Below, in pieces: positions 24,713 to 37,745 of a stretch of DNA of 64,000 nucleotides; the first letter of the stretch is position 1, and each line of letters starts with the position of its first letter. The position numbers and the translations under genes are program-made. Where the stretch lies: positions 9,052,001 to 9,116,000 of the forward strand of contig CM022668.1 in NCBI GenBank assembly GCA_012295275.1, read 5' to 3'. The notes beneath the pieces were generated by a model. The model did no database searches, was not told the DNA's origin, and was given only the letters and a program-made list of their open reading frames with translations. The DNA comes from Chrysomallon squamiferum. Taxonomy: Eukaryota; Animalia; Mollusca.

Positions 24713-25829
24713 ATTTTATCCTTATTATGTTTTCAACTTAACGGATTCTACGCTTTTGAGCCGTTTAAGAAAAACTAAAGTTACTGGTCTGACTTGCGCA
24801 CAGAAATAAAAATAAATAAAATTAGAAGTAAAGGAAAGTGATTTTGAGAATTAAGAAACAAGAACACGATGGTAAAGGAGAGAAGTGAAAGAGAGAAACT
24901 TGCTATCTCTTTCGACATTTGTGATGACGTCATAAATAATTAAAATTTTAGTCTTGCGTGTATTTTAATATAAGAAGTCACCTGTGTTTTCCCTAGTAAT
25001 TCGATCTGGAGTTTTAAAACAACAAATAATCGACTGGTTATTGTAACATTAAAACAGGACAAACGGATATAGTAATTTTGTGAAAATTGTGGTATAAACA
25101 TTTTTTTTACTACGCATTCAAAAACTTTTGCTGGGATAGATGATGTATCCAGAACCAAATGATCATTTTAAATATTTATTTCGCCCATTCCTTTGTAGTA
25201 ATTTAGTACATTATAAAACAGGAATGAATGAAAGTGTAACAAGAACTCTACATATTTTAATAGTGGATTTCAGTTACAGATATGGTTGTAAGTTAGTAGG
25301 TAAATATAATTATAAAAGTATGTTGACTAAAATCGCATGTAAATAAATTAAAAAAAAAATGTGAAATTAATTCATAAATAAATAAAAATTATGTTGAATT
25401 ATTCATAAGTAAATGAATGAATTAAATTATACTGAAATAATTTCAGATGCAGAACACACAAACAAATTCATATTTTTATATATATTTATTTTGTTTTTCT
25501 TATGGTTTTGTACACCACATATGTACAAACTTTTGACAAAAAGTACAATATATAAATTTTATAATATAATCATAATAATAATAAATCTATATCATTTGTA
25601 CAAATCCAGTTTGTTTTAAACATAACAATAAACGGTAATAATTACAAAAGAAAAACAACATATCAATGATAGAAAAACATGAAAATAATGAGATTATTGA
25701 AATATTACATTTGCAAGATGTAAAAAATATTTCTCAGATCAAAATATCCAGCAACAGATGATAACAAACAACACAGACAAACAAACAAAATTCATTACAT
25801 ACATAGCAAATGTTCTTTTTCAACCAGCA

Positions 25830-26310
25830 CATGTAAAATATGCAACAAGAGATGTCTTTTTCAACTAGAAAATGTAAAATATGCAGCAAGAGATGTTCTT
25901 TTTTTAACTAGAAAATGTAAAATATGCAGCAAGAGATGTTCTTTTTTAACTAGAAAATGTAAAATATGCAGCAAGAGATGTTCTTTTTTCAACTAGAAAA
26001 TGTAAAATATGCAGAAAGAGATGTTCTTTTTTCAACTAGAAAATGTAAAATATGCAGCAAGAGATGTTCTTTTTTTAACTAGAAAATGTAAAATATGCAA
26101 CAAGAGATGGGTTTTTTAACTAGAAAATGTAAAATATGCAGAAAGAGATGTTCTTTTTTTAACTAGAAAATGTAAAATATGCAGCAAGAGATGTTCTTTT
26201 TTTAACTAGAAAATGTAAAATATGCAGCAAGAGATGTTCTTTTTTACTAGAAAATGTAAAATATGCAGCAAGAGATGTTCTTTTTTTAACTGTAACGTGA
26301 AAAATATGCA
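25830..26310. repeat. 42-43-bp tandem repeat (AACTAGAAAATGTAAAATATGCAGCAAGAGATGTTCTTTTTT), about 11 copies
   Basis: Period measured directly (25863 to 25906). Confidence 0.95.
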
Positions 26311-27766
26311 GCTGATGTTATTCTCTTCCAAACAAAATATGGTTCAAATGTTTCATGGAAACAACAGACAAAAACAGATTTATAATAAAAACAAAAATCA
26401 TTAATAAAAAGAACAAATATATTTACGTGACCAGTTATCATGAATGGTATTAAAAGTTGAGAAAACAATTATAACAATTCTAACTTTTACAAAACATTGG
26501 CTTAATTTTTTTCTACCCCATAATCTTGAATTTTTTCAACAATTTGCTGCCTTGAGTTAATTTTATAATGTAACACAAGAATTCATTAAGTGTATAATGT
26601 AATACAAGAATACAATATAAAATGTATACTTTTTTAAATGAAAAACAATGTGTGTGTGTGCGTGTGTGCATATAAATACCTTAGTTTTATTATTGTACCT
26701 AAATGTTATACTAATACTACCGATTTTAAAAAGCAGTAAATTTATTTTGAATATAGAATTATGATGTTTTTATTTTTTAAGCTTTCATCTTGTATATTTT
26801 AAAATAATTATCTAAAATATCAAACTTAATGCACCTTTCATGGAATCTGGTCAAATATAAAAATTTATGGTTTTGTTATTAAAAAAACACAGTTCATGTT
26901 GGACATGCATTTTGTTTTCGTATGTAGTAACAATAGGAAAATGTTTCTCCTTTAGATTTATATACAGATTCTGATCTTTTTAGATTACAAATACTTTTAT
27001 AAAATATCCAAGGAATCAGAATTCACTTTTAAAAGATTTTGAATAAAAAAAAGTTTTATATATATACCTATGAAAAGATAATCAACATATTTGATCAAAA
27101 CCAAGAATATCTGGTATACTTTTTGGTTCACAGATCACTTAACATAATAAACATTTGTTATATTCAATTAAAAACACAAAAAATTATATTAACAGAATAG
27201 AATAATTTCACAATACATTACATATGGGTAAAGTTTGATAATTAATTATATATAAAATGTGTAATCTATTCCAATATGCATTTTTAAAATTTCATGTGTA
27301 TTTCAACAATACAATAAGCCCTCTAAGAACCTTATTAATATCATTTTTAAACATTATATATATATTTTTTTTTTTTTCACAATACATTTATGATGTCGAC
27401 AATTATTTACAAAGCTGATATTCTAATGCATGTATTACAACTATGTTTTATTTTCATATCTATAATTACCTTAATAAATATACCAGTGCATAAATCATTA
27501 ATATCAATTTTTCTTTAAACATTCAACAAAGAATACAGAGTATCACAAGAAAAGAAAAAACAAGAGGAGAAAGCAAATTAACCAATGATTGCACTTTCAG
27601 AAAGATTATCTGCACCAATCAAAATGTGTCTTGGAGTTTGCATACTTCAAAAACAAGGCACTGTGTATTGTGGGCGGTAGTAGTTGGTTGCTGCTTCTAA
27701 AAAACTGGGTTAAAATAAAATAAAGTTTAAAAAAAAAAAAAATGGAGGCAATCTGGGAGGGAGGAT

Positions 27767-27820
<54 letters not shown>

Positions 27821-30031
27821 CTGAGATTGTGAGTAACTTTTAAGACAGAAGTGTAAACAAAAATCAATAGACATTTGCTATACATAAAACTACTTTCAAA
27901 TTCTGATTTAAGTGATGTTTTAAAATATGTGAAATACTGTCAATTAAGCAGTTTTAGAAATAAAGAGTACAGCATGACATTTTTCTTCTTCCTTTCTTTA
28001 TCTAAATTTAAAATAATAATCATTATTATCATATTTACATGTCTGAATGTGTGCATACATACATAAAATTATGTATGTATGTGTGTATATATGCATATAT
28101 GCAAACATACGTAAGAATATGTGTGTGTGTGTGTGTTTGTGCGTGTGTGTTTCTCTAACACCATGATTGGAGAATTTAAACAAAAATAAATTTTTGTCTT
28201 TTTTAAATAAATATTTTAACAGACACAAAATAAAAATAGTAATAAAAAAAATAAATAAAACATTTTAATGATGACATTAATAAACTGAAATCCATTGAAT
28301 ATGTACTATATTGTGAACAAATGTCAATACAAGCCTGACTGTATTCAATACTGGAAAAAAAGAAGAAAAAAAGAAGAAATTGGGATATTGTAAAGTCTTT
28401 CTTAATACACAAGTCTTCCTTGTCTTTCTGTGAGAAGATATTATTAGTAAGCAGAAGCTAAATAAAATGTTTTTTTCAGAACAACCAACAGAGCAGTGAA
28501 AATCATTTGACAGCTATTGTGTACCCCACCCCACTCCTTACAAGAAGGTGATTCACTGGCATTCAAAGAAAAAAAAACTTGTATTTTTATTTGTTTATTT
28601 TTTTCTTGGATGGTAGAGAGCCACTGAAGCTGCCATATTGATTTCAAATTTTTGTTCCATTTAGCCCCTGCAGAAAAAAAAAAAAGTGTTTGTGTACAAG
28701 TTAAAAAAAAGTATTAAAAGGTGTTTTTAATTTTTTTTATATTTTTATTTTTTTAAGAAGACAAAAAAAGAAATAAAAAAAGAAAAGATTGTCACGACTG
28801 AATCTAAAAATAGCAACATTAACGTCACTGCTGAATACATTTACATTACTAACATTGTTTTAATTTCTCAAGCAGACGGCTGTTTGAGTAAAAAACACTC
28901 AGAATTCCGTTTTATGAATTATGCATAATGTAAGTCATATTTAATGCCTCCATAAAGCAATGAATAAAAATTATTTGAAACAATCTGAACAGTGACATAA
29001 GCAGATTATGTTTTATGATGTAACTGATGTCATTCGGTGTGGAACAATTGACGTTTAGAGGAAGAGGGAGATAAGGGTGGTGGGGAATGATTCAGGGTAT
29101 GGTTATCTACAATTTTTTTTTTTTGTAATGTTTGCATTAGAAATATGTGTATTTCTGTGGTGTGTGTGTGTGCTTCTGGATGAATTCTGTGTATGTTTAT
29201 CTGTTTGTTATAAAAGAGTGTGTGTTACATCTGTGTTTATCAGACAATATCACCATCCCCTACCCCCCAAAAAAACCCACCTATAAAAATAATAATAATT
29301 AAAAATTTCTCTACAAAATTTTAATATACTGAAGTATAAAAATTTGAGCACTGATGTATCATAATTAATGATTATTATTTCAATATGTTTCGTATATATA
29401 TATATATATATAAGCCATGGACATTTATGTTGTCTAAGTCATGCATAGTTACATTGTTTTAAGTCATGGACTAATGTATGTCAAACATTTTAACATCTAA
29501 TGAAAAAAAATCAATATTATAATAAAAATTTATTAAGTCATGGACTTGTTCTTTACATGTACATGAGAAAATTGCTTTGTATTATAATACAATCCAAGAT
29601 CTTACTTAGACAGACAGACAACAGAAAATATTAAAAATGTTATAAAAATTTGTTTCATGAATAAAAAGACATCTGAAAATGAAATTGTATTTATATTAAC
29701 TTGTTCTTGTGTGTACATGTGCGACACAGGTTATATATATGTAAAAAATTTTTGACAAAAACTGTTGCTAAAAAAGGTTTAAATATAATAAATCTTAATT
29801 TAAAAAAAAAAATTACCTATACGAAAATTTAAACAGCTGAACATTAAAAGATTTAATTTTTTATTATCATTAAAAGAATCTAAAAAGCCAAGGATTAAAG
29901 CTCATAATTAAACAACAAGCCCCCCACCCAAAATAAATCTAAATAATAATCTCAATTAATATATGATACTCTATCTATATATTATTTTTTTCTTAAACAA
30001 GATTTTTGAGGGGTTACAGCCAGGTCAGAGA

Positions 30032-30073
<42 letters not shown>

Positions 30074-32554
30074 TAGATAGATAGATAGATATATGTACTT
30101 AAGAGTTTGTGGATCTGACCCCTGGTTTTGTATATTTATATAAAGCAGAACACTGGGCTGTTTGTATTTTTCAATTTAGATAAAGAAAGGAAGAATATTA
30201 TTTAATGTTGCACTCAAAAATTATTATTAGTGCTGTACGTGTTATGAACTATAAAGAAAATGACAGAGAATATTTACTACTATAAATTTAGAAAAAAAAA
30301 ACATCAAAGCAAATTATCTGCCATTAGCAAACAACAACAGTTAAATTTGTCGCAGATAAATAAGGGTTTGATACAAAGACAATGTTTTTATGGTTTATGA
30401 AGTAAGAAAAAAAAACAATAAAAATGTTGTGGTATATTAAAACAAAAAAACACAGAAAATTATCTAAAGAGTAATAACAAAAGAATGAAACCATCAGTTA
30501 ATAATAATAATAATAAAAAGACACTACAGAAAATATACACCCGACAAAACATTTTACATAACACAAAAATTTACACCTGAAGAATTGAGCATTTTGTCAT
30601 TCTTTCCATCTTGTATAGTTAGGAGGGGAGACAATAATGAAACAAGAGTTATCTGTGCAAATATTATCAAAAGAATGAGGCCATTTTTTTATTTTTTTTT
30701 TTACAGCAGACAAAAACACTTCATATTGAACCAATATAAAAGAAAAATATTTTAAAAATAAAATAAAATAAAATAAATAAATAAACATATTATATAAATA
30801 TATATATATATTTATTGTGAATTGCAAAAATATATATTTTGACAATGATCACTGGAAAAAATAAATGTTCACAAAATTTTACTTTTAACATTTAAAAAAT
30901 AAATAAAAATATGCTATAATATGAAACAAAAATTTAAAAATGAATTAACAGTTATGTTTATCCACATTTTCTTCTTTTTAAAAAAATGTCTTCATTATTC
31001 AGATAAAACGGTTTTTCATGAAATGAAACTGAAAAATAAAAATACTTGAAGATTTGGTCCTTAAATCAAATGAGATATTCACAATAAGTTTGAACCATTC
31101 CAAACCATAAACGAACACGAGTTTTATGGTTTGGCTATAGTTGAAAATAAAATAAATAAATAAATAAATAAATAAATAAAAAATAAAATAAATAAACAAC
31201 AACCCAAAACCCCAAGTGTTTCCGGAGTATTAAAACACTTATAGCTGAGATTATACTCCTAAATTATGAATTATATTAATCTTCAAACATTTATAATTTT
31301 ATATAATAAAAAAAAAATTAAATAATAATAAGACACAAATGGAAGAAAAAGAAAAACAAAGTAGAGAAAGTATGTTTGCATAACTGCCTGAAAATAATTT
31401 TGATCGCAAATATCGTAAGTTTTGTTGAAATTCAACATTATGTTGTTCTTCGTCTTTACATTTTATTATTCTTTTTTATTTTATTTTGTTGTTATTATTA
31501 TTTTTTATTATTATTTTATTTAATTTTTTTTTTTTTTTTTTTTTTTTAAACATATTTCCAGTGCAAGAAATCAGCTAATTGCTAGAAAATTATCAGTGAA
31601 AACAAGTTTTTGAAATTTAAGTAGTAATAATAATTTTTTTGTTTTTTTTAAAAAAACTGTCAGTTATTTTTTACAATAATGGTTCTTACTTCAAAAAAAA
31701 AAAAAAAAAAATCGAGATTGTACTTAATAAAATGAAGCAATTAGTAAAACTGAAGAAATTAAAAAAAATAAACAACATGAAAATTGAAAAAAATACAAAG
31801 TCGACAGATTAAGTAAGATGATATCACAGTCTATAATATCAGTGTAAACATCAGTAAACATTGGTAAACATTATTTGTAAACATTCTGGCTACAAAATCA
31901 GTCAATTAGTAAACATTTTGCTGCAAAATCAGTAAATCAGAAAACATTTTGTGGCAAACATTACTGTTAAACATATTTCGGTAAACATTCGTAAACATTT
32001 GCTGCAAACATTATTGTTTAACATATTTCAGTAAACATTGGTAATCATTTTGCCGTAAATATTATTGTTAAGCATTGCTAAAATTAACATGAGAAAAATG
32101 TTCAACCATTTTAAAAAAAAAAAAAAAGTAATATTCTTCATGGAAGCATTGACAAGCAGAAAAGACATTTTTGCAATGGAAAAATTAATACTTTTTGTGT
32201 TCTGAAAGCAAATGAAGATGTTTTGGCATTTTTATTTATATATATATTTTTTTTTTTTCATAAATTCTGCCATCAAATCCTTTTAGTAATAAACAAATCT
32301 GTAACAAATTATTATAAAGAATTATAAAAACTTTAATATTCACACTAAAGACTCAAAACTTTCTGAATTTCTGGTCATGACTACTTTTATCCAAATTTTG
32401 CCAGTTTGAAGGGGTGTAGTTTTTAAAGGGTTTTGAATACCTCCCTCCCTCCTTCCTTCCTTCATGCTTAAACTGCTGAATACAGCAAACAGATTCACCC
32501 ATCCCCAGTACATGTTGTTACAGGAGCTCCCTACCCAATAACCACCTTTCTGGT

Positions 32555-32720
32555 TAGCAGTAAGCATTATTTTGTGTTTACCTTCCCATGAACTGTAAAG
32601 TAATATTGATAAACTAGTTATGAGCACTGGCTGGATTGAGAAATGAGTCAGTGCAAGCACTAAGGATAGTTGAACCTGTGTTCAGTCAAATTTGATTTTC
32701 ATATAAATTGAGAGTCTGAC
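32555..32720. mobile_element. Degraded interspersed repeat, copy 1 (probable SINE fragment)
   Basis: Near-identical to 36020-36192 in the same orientation (tagcagtaagcattattttgtgttt...gagcactggctgga.tgagaaatgag...gttgaacctgtgttcagtcaaa). It resembles molluscan RUDI-type SINEs from memory only. Confidence 0.55.
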
Positions 32721-34701
32721 GTGTATATATTAAAAATTTATATAACCCTTTAATAAATTGTGTTTTTTTTAATAAAAATATTGAAATAAAAGTATGCCTG
32801 TGAGTTTATGAAAGAAAATTGGAAATAAAATGACTGACATTTGTGAAAATTTTAACATGGTGCCCCTATAACCGCAATGAAATTCAGGAAAATAATAATT
32901 ATAATAATAAAGTTAAACATTTAATCCCTAATTAAATATAAAAATATTCATAAAAAAATAAAATAAAAACAACGAGAAGAAGAAGAAAAGAAAAAGAAAA
33001 ACTGATTAATAAATACATTAAATACATAAAGTAGTAAAATAAAATTAAAATGAGAAAAAATTAAAAGAAACAAATATTTAAATTTTTTGCAGTTTTGGGT
33101 TTTGGTCAAGCTTTGAGCAAATTATATGAAATGTTTTTTTTTTTTTTCAACAAATTGACCTTATCATTTAAATACAGACAGAAATAATAATAATTATTAT
33201 AACAATAGCAGCAATAACAACAACATATATTATGAAACAAAAAATGAAAAAAAAAGACCCTCATAATAATAATTACAATAAAATAAAAATAACAAAAAAA
33301 AAAAAAAAAAAAAAAAATTGTGTTAAGTATTTTCTTGCTATTCTTTTATTCTTGTTTTTTAATTCATCCTGAATAGCCTCCATTTTTTCATTCATTCTCT
33401 CTTAATCACACATTCCGAACAATGACAGAAAAATATTGTAAGTAGAACCCTGTTTGAATGATGCACTGGGTACATATTGCATATTGAATTATACATAGAG
33501 GTGTCTATCCCATCTATTTAAATATATTACTTATATTATATATGTTTAATACTAATGGTATCTATTTCTATTCTAATTGTAAATACATATATATATATAT
33601 TTTTGTTGTTTGTTTTTGTTTCATTTTCAGACTAAAATTCTTTACATTATGGATGTTTCTTTTGTTATGGACTTTTGTCATCTTCTTTGAGTTCTCTGTC
33701 TGAACTCAAATCCTGTTTTGAGTTCCGTGTCTGAACTCAAATCCTGTTTTGAGTTCCGTGTCTGAATTTTCATCCGAGTTTATTATTTGCACTTTTATCC
33801 TCTGTTTTGAGTTTTGCATCTGGATTTTGGCTTCAGTTTTGAGTTCTGAGTCTGGACTGTTTTCCATTGTTGAGTTAAGTGTCTGTGTCCTGGTTTTATT
33901 TTATCTTCATCTGAGTTTAGTGTCTGGATGTTTCTGCTTTGAGTAAATAAAGTTATTTTCGCTTCTTGTATGTTTTGTTCTCTGCTTTGAATGTGTAAAA
34001 CTGTAGTTTCCACATTGAGTTCAGTGTTTTGAGTTTATTTATACTCAGTTTTGAGTTTGTGTGAAATTTATCAGTCTGCACTTTCATCCTCGGTTTTGAG
34101 TAAGCTTAGTGTGTTCTGATTCTTGTTCCTCATCTTGAGCTTCAGTTTTGAGTTTAACATTCTGGAAATTTCTTTTCTCACAATGTGAGATGATTTTCTG
34201 TTTATGGAGTTAAGACTTCTGTCATGGCTGCCTGTCTGCATGTTTGCATTATGTGACTTCTTCTGTTTTTGAACAATTGTCTTTGATGTCATTTTGTGTT
34301 TGATGTTAAACGTCTGACTGAACATTGTGTTCTGCTTCGATGAACATGATGTTTGTAAACTTCAAGAACACTAAAAGCACAGTGATTTGATGTTTTCAAA
34401 GTATTCAGTGTATGCAGACAGTGTGAAGACAGGATTCCTGTTCAGTTCTCCATCATTTGTAAATGCAGAGAGAAACAAGAAGCTTTCCAACGAAAAATGA
34501 ATAAATAAATACCGAAAGATTCAAAGCATCCAGAACCAGACATTTGCAACAAAAAAATAAATAAATAAAAATTAAAAATAAAATAAAATTAAAAATTCAT
34601 ATTTTAAAATTGAAAGTTTCTTACATTTTTGTTTTTTTTTTTTGTGAGTTCTTAAGTAAGTAATATTGCCTTTTCTGTATTTTATCTTTTCTTTAGTCTT
34701 T

Positions 34702-34765
<64 letters not shown>

Positions 34766-35180
34766 CTTTATAAGAAATATTCCTTTAATGTGGTCAAGTT
34801 TTAAATTAAGTAAATGATTATTTCTATCATGGTATTGTTAAAATGCTGGACCAAACAAAAAGTGACAGAACAACAACTTCCGAACATTCACATGCTACAG
34901 AACTATCAAAATATCATTAGCCACGTGAGGATGTGTTTAAATTCTGAATCACAGTCACACACATTTACAGGTGAATGAATAACCTTATCACAAGCATATA
35001 AAGGTAAACCAAAATTAATTGTAGTTTTTTTTAGTTTTTTTTAGTTTTTTTTATCTCTCCTTCAGATATGTCTGTACGTGGCTTCATAAGCTACTTTTTG
35101 TACAGAAATGTTTTTCTTAGTTATTTATTTCTAATAATGATCCAATATTATTGAAGAATAATATTTTTTTGGTTTCCTTT

Positions 35181-35228
<48 letters not shown>

Positions 35229-35399
35229 ATATATATAAATTTCAACAAGAACAACAATAATAATGTCTCCACCAATGAAACAAAAACGACGATGACAATG
35301 AAGATGCTGCAGGGAAAAGTTCTTCGTCTTCTTTTGTGTTTTTTTTTCCTTCATAATTAGTTTAAATAATTATTTATTGTTCTAGGCATTCTATGATTA

Positions 35400-35663
<264 letters not shown>

Positions 35664-35778
35664 TTATATTTTGTTTTTTTTAATACGTACCAGTTTTTGA
35701 TTGTGTGTGATGTGATGTGTCTGTATAGTTGTGATGTATTCAAACATAAATATAAAAAAAATGTTTGTGTTTACATGG

Positions 35779-35935
<157 letters not shown>

Positions 35936-36019
35936 AAGAGGCACATATACATAACCTCAACACATAATACGTACATATTTAGATACAACCACTTTTAACA
36001 CACACAGTTTTAATGACTT

Positions 36020-36192
36020 TAGCAGTAAGCATTATTTTGTGTTTGCCTTCCCATAAACTAGGAAGAAATGTAAAGTAATACTGACAGACTAATTATGAGC
36101 ACTGGTTGGAATGAGAAATGAGCCAGTACAAGCACTAAAGAGAGTTGAACCTGTGTTCAGTCAAAATTTGATCTTGATATAAACTGAGAGTG
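36020..36192. mobile_element. Degraded interspersed repeat, copy 2, in the last KLF intron
   Basis: Direct similarity to 32555-32720. Confidence 0.55.
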
Positions 36193-36264
36193 CTAGTTAA
36201 CAACATACTCTTCAGAAACAATAAAATTAAATTTACTCTTTTACGACAAATTTGCATTTGTTAC

Positions 36265-36976
36265 CTGTGTGCGTTCTCAGGTGAGCCTTCAGGTGCGAGC
36301 TCTTCGTGTAGACTTTCTTGCAGCCGCTGTAGGGACAGTTGTGAATACGTCGGCGACAGTCGGCGCTGAGGTCCACGCGACTGTTGCTGCTGCTGCTGCT
36401 GCTACAAGAGTGAGGTAAGGCGGACCGCTGGTTGCTCGCGGTTACCGGGCGGAGTGCCGAGCTAGCTGCCATGATGATTCTCTGGTGGCGGTGAAGGAGG
36501 TCGCACGACGACATCGGCCTCACGGCAACCGTCTCCGTGCGTCCCTTCTGGGCGACCAGCTTCAGAGCGAAGAGGTCGTTGCACTTGGGGGGCCTCGTCG
36601 GGGAGAGCGGGGGGTCGCTGATGTTGCTGTCCCACGAGACGCCGCTGGACGATGAGCTGAAGCTGCTCAGGCTGAGCCTGTCCGCGGCGTGGTCGTTGAG
36701 GTTGAGGTGGACGAACTCGTTGAGCCGGTCCTCCGACTCGGTCTCCTCTCCACTGTCGCAGTCATTTTCATCATCGTCATCGTCGGCAACGTCGGCCGGC
36801 TCGGGGAAGTCGACATTGGCGTCGCTGTCCCCTTCCGAGGCCTCACACGAGTCCGAGCCCCTCTTGCAGGGGCACGCCCCGACCTCACCCGGGTTGTCGC
36901 AGGAGCTCTCCTTGATTCGCTTGAAAGACGTCAGTTTCGGTTCACTTTTCAGGTAACGTTCCATTTCTAAACAGTT
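36265..36976 (-). CDS. KLF6/7: Kruppel-like factor 6/7 (luna-like), internal exon: rest of the N-terminal activation motif, acidic/Ser-rich region and zinc finger 1
   Basis: Acceptor ttgttgtttcag|[14 protein letters not shown], matching KLF6/7 TCLELERYLQSEP with the same phase-0 intron position. Ends [29 protein letters not shown], with donor G|gtaaca. Confidence 0.95.
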
Positions 36977-37556
36977 CTGAAACAACAACAAAGGCTTAGT
37001 TAAAAACTTGCTTTGTGAAACAACAACAAAGTTTTAGTTAAAAACTTGCTTTATTTGCTTTAAAAAACAATAAAGATTTAATTAAAAACTTGCTTTATGA
37101 AACAACAACAAAGGTTTAATTAATAAATTGCTTTATGAAAAACAAAAAGTTTTATTTTGCTTTATGAAACAACAAAAATTTAATTAATAACTTGCTTTAT
37201 GAAACAACAAAGATTTAATTATAATTTGCTTTATGAAACAACAAAAAAAGTTTTAGTTAAAATTTGCTTAATGAAACAAAAAAGTTTTAGTTAAAAACTT
37301 GAAAAACAATAAAGATTTAATTAAAAACTTGCTTTATGAAACAACAACAAAGGTTTAATTAATAAATTGCTTTATGAAACAACAAAAAGGTTTAATTAAT
37401 AATTTGCTTTATGAAACAACAAAAAAGTTTTAATTAAAAACTTGCTTTATGAAACAACAAAGGTTTAATTAATAACTTGCTTTATTAAACAACAAAAAGG
37501 TTTAATTAATAACTTGCTTTCTGAAACAACAAAAAGGTTTAATTAATAACTTGCTG
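36977..37556. repeat. Minisatellite of about 36 bp (GAAACAACAAAAAGGTTTAATTAATAACTTGCTTTAT), about 16 copies, abutting the KLF acceptor
   Basis: Visible periodicity. The terminal copy is the real splice acceptor. Confidence 0.92.
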
Positions 37557-37677
37557 TTCATTCTTTTATTTAGAGTATAAAACAACTGAAACATTAGATA
37601 CATTTATTATATACCAGTACATATTATGTTTAATGTATTATGTGGGAGTAATACATATTATATTTCACATACAAGTA

Positions 37678-37745
<68 letters not shown>

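Noticed and set aside
33795-34325. Lys/Ser-rich minus-strand ORFs downstream of KLF
   Set aside because: They arise from the degenerate AACTCA repeat field and have no consistent splice phases.
36537-36970. Antisense and alternative-frame ORFs within the KLF exon
   Set aside because: Expected from high GC content, with no independent exon signals.
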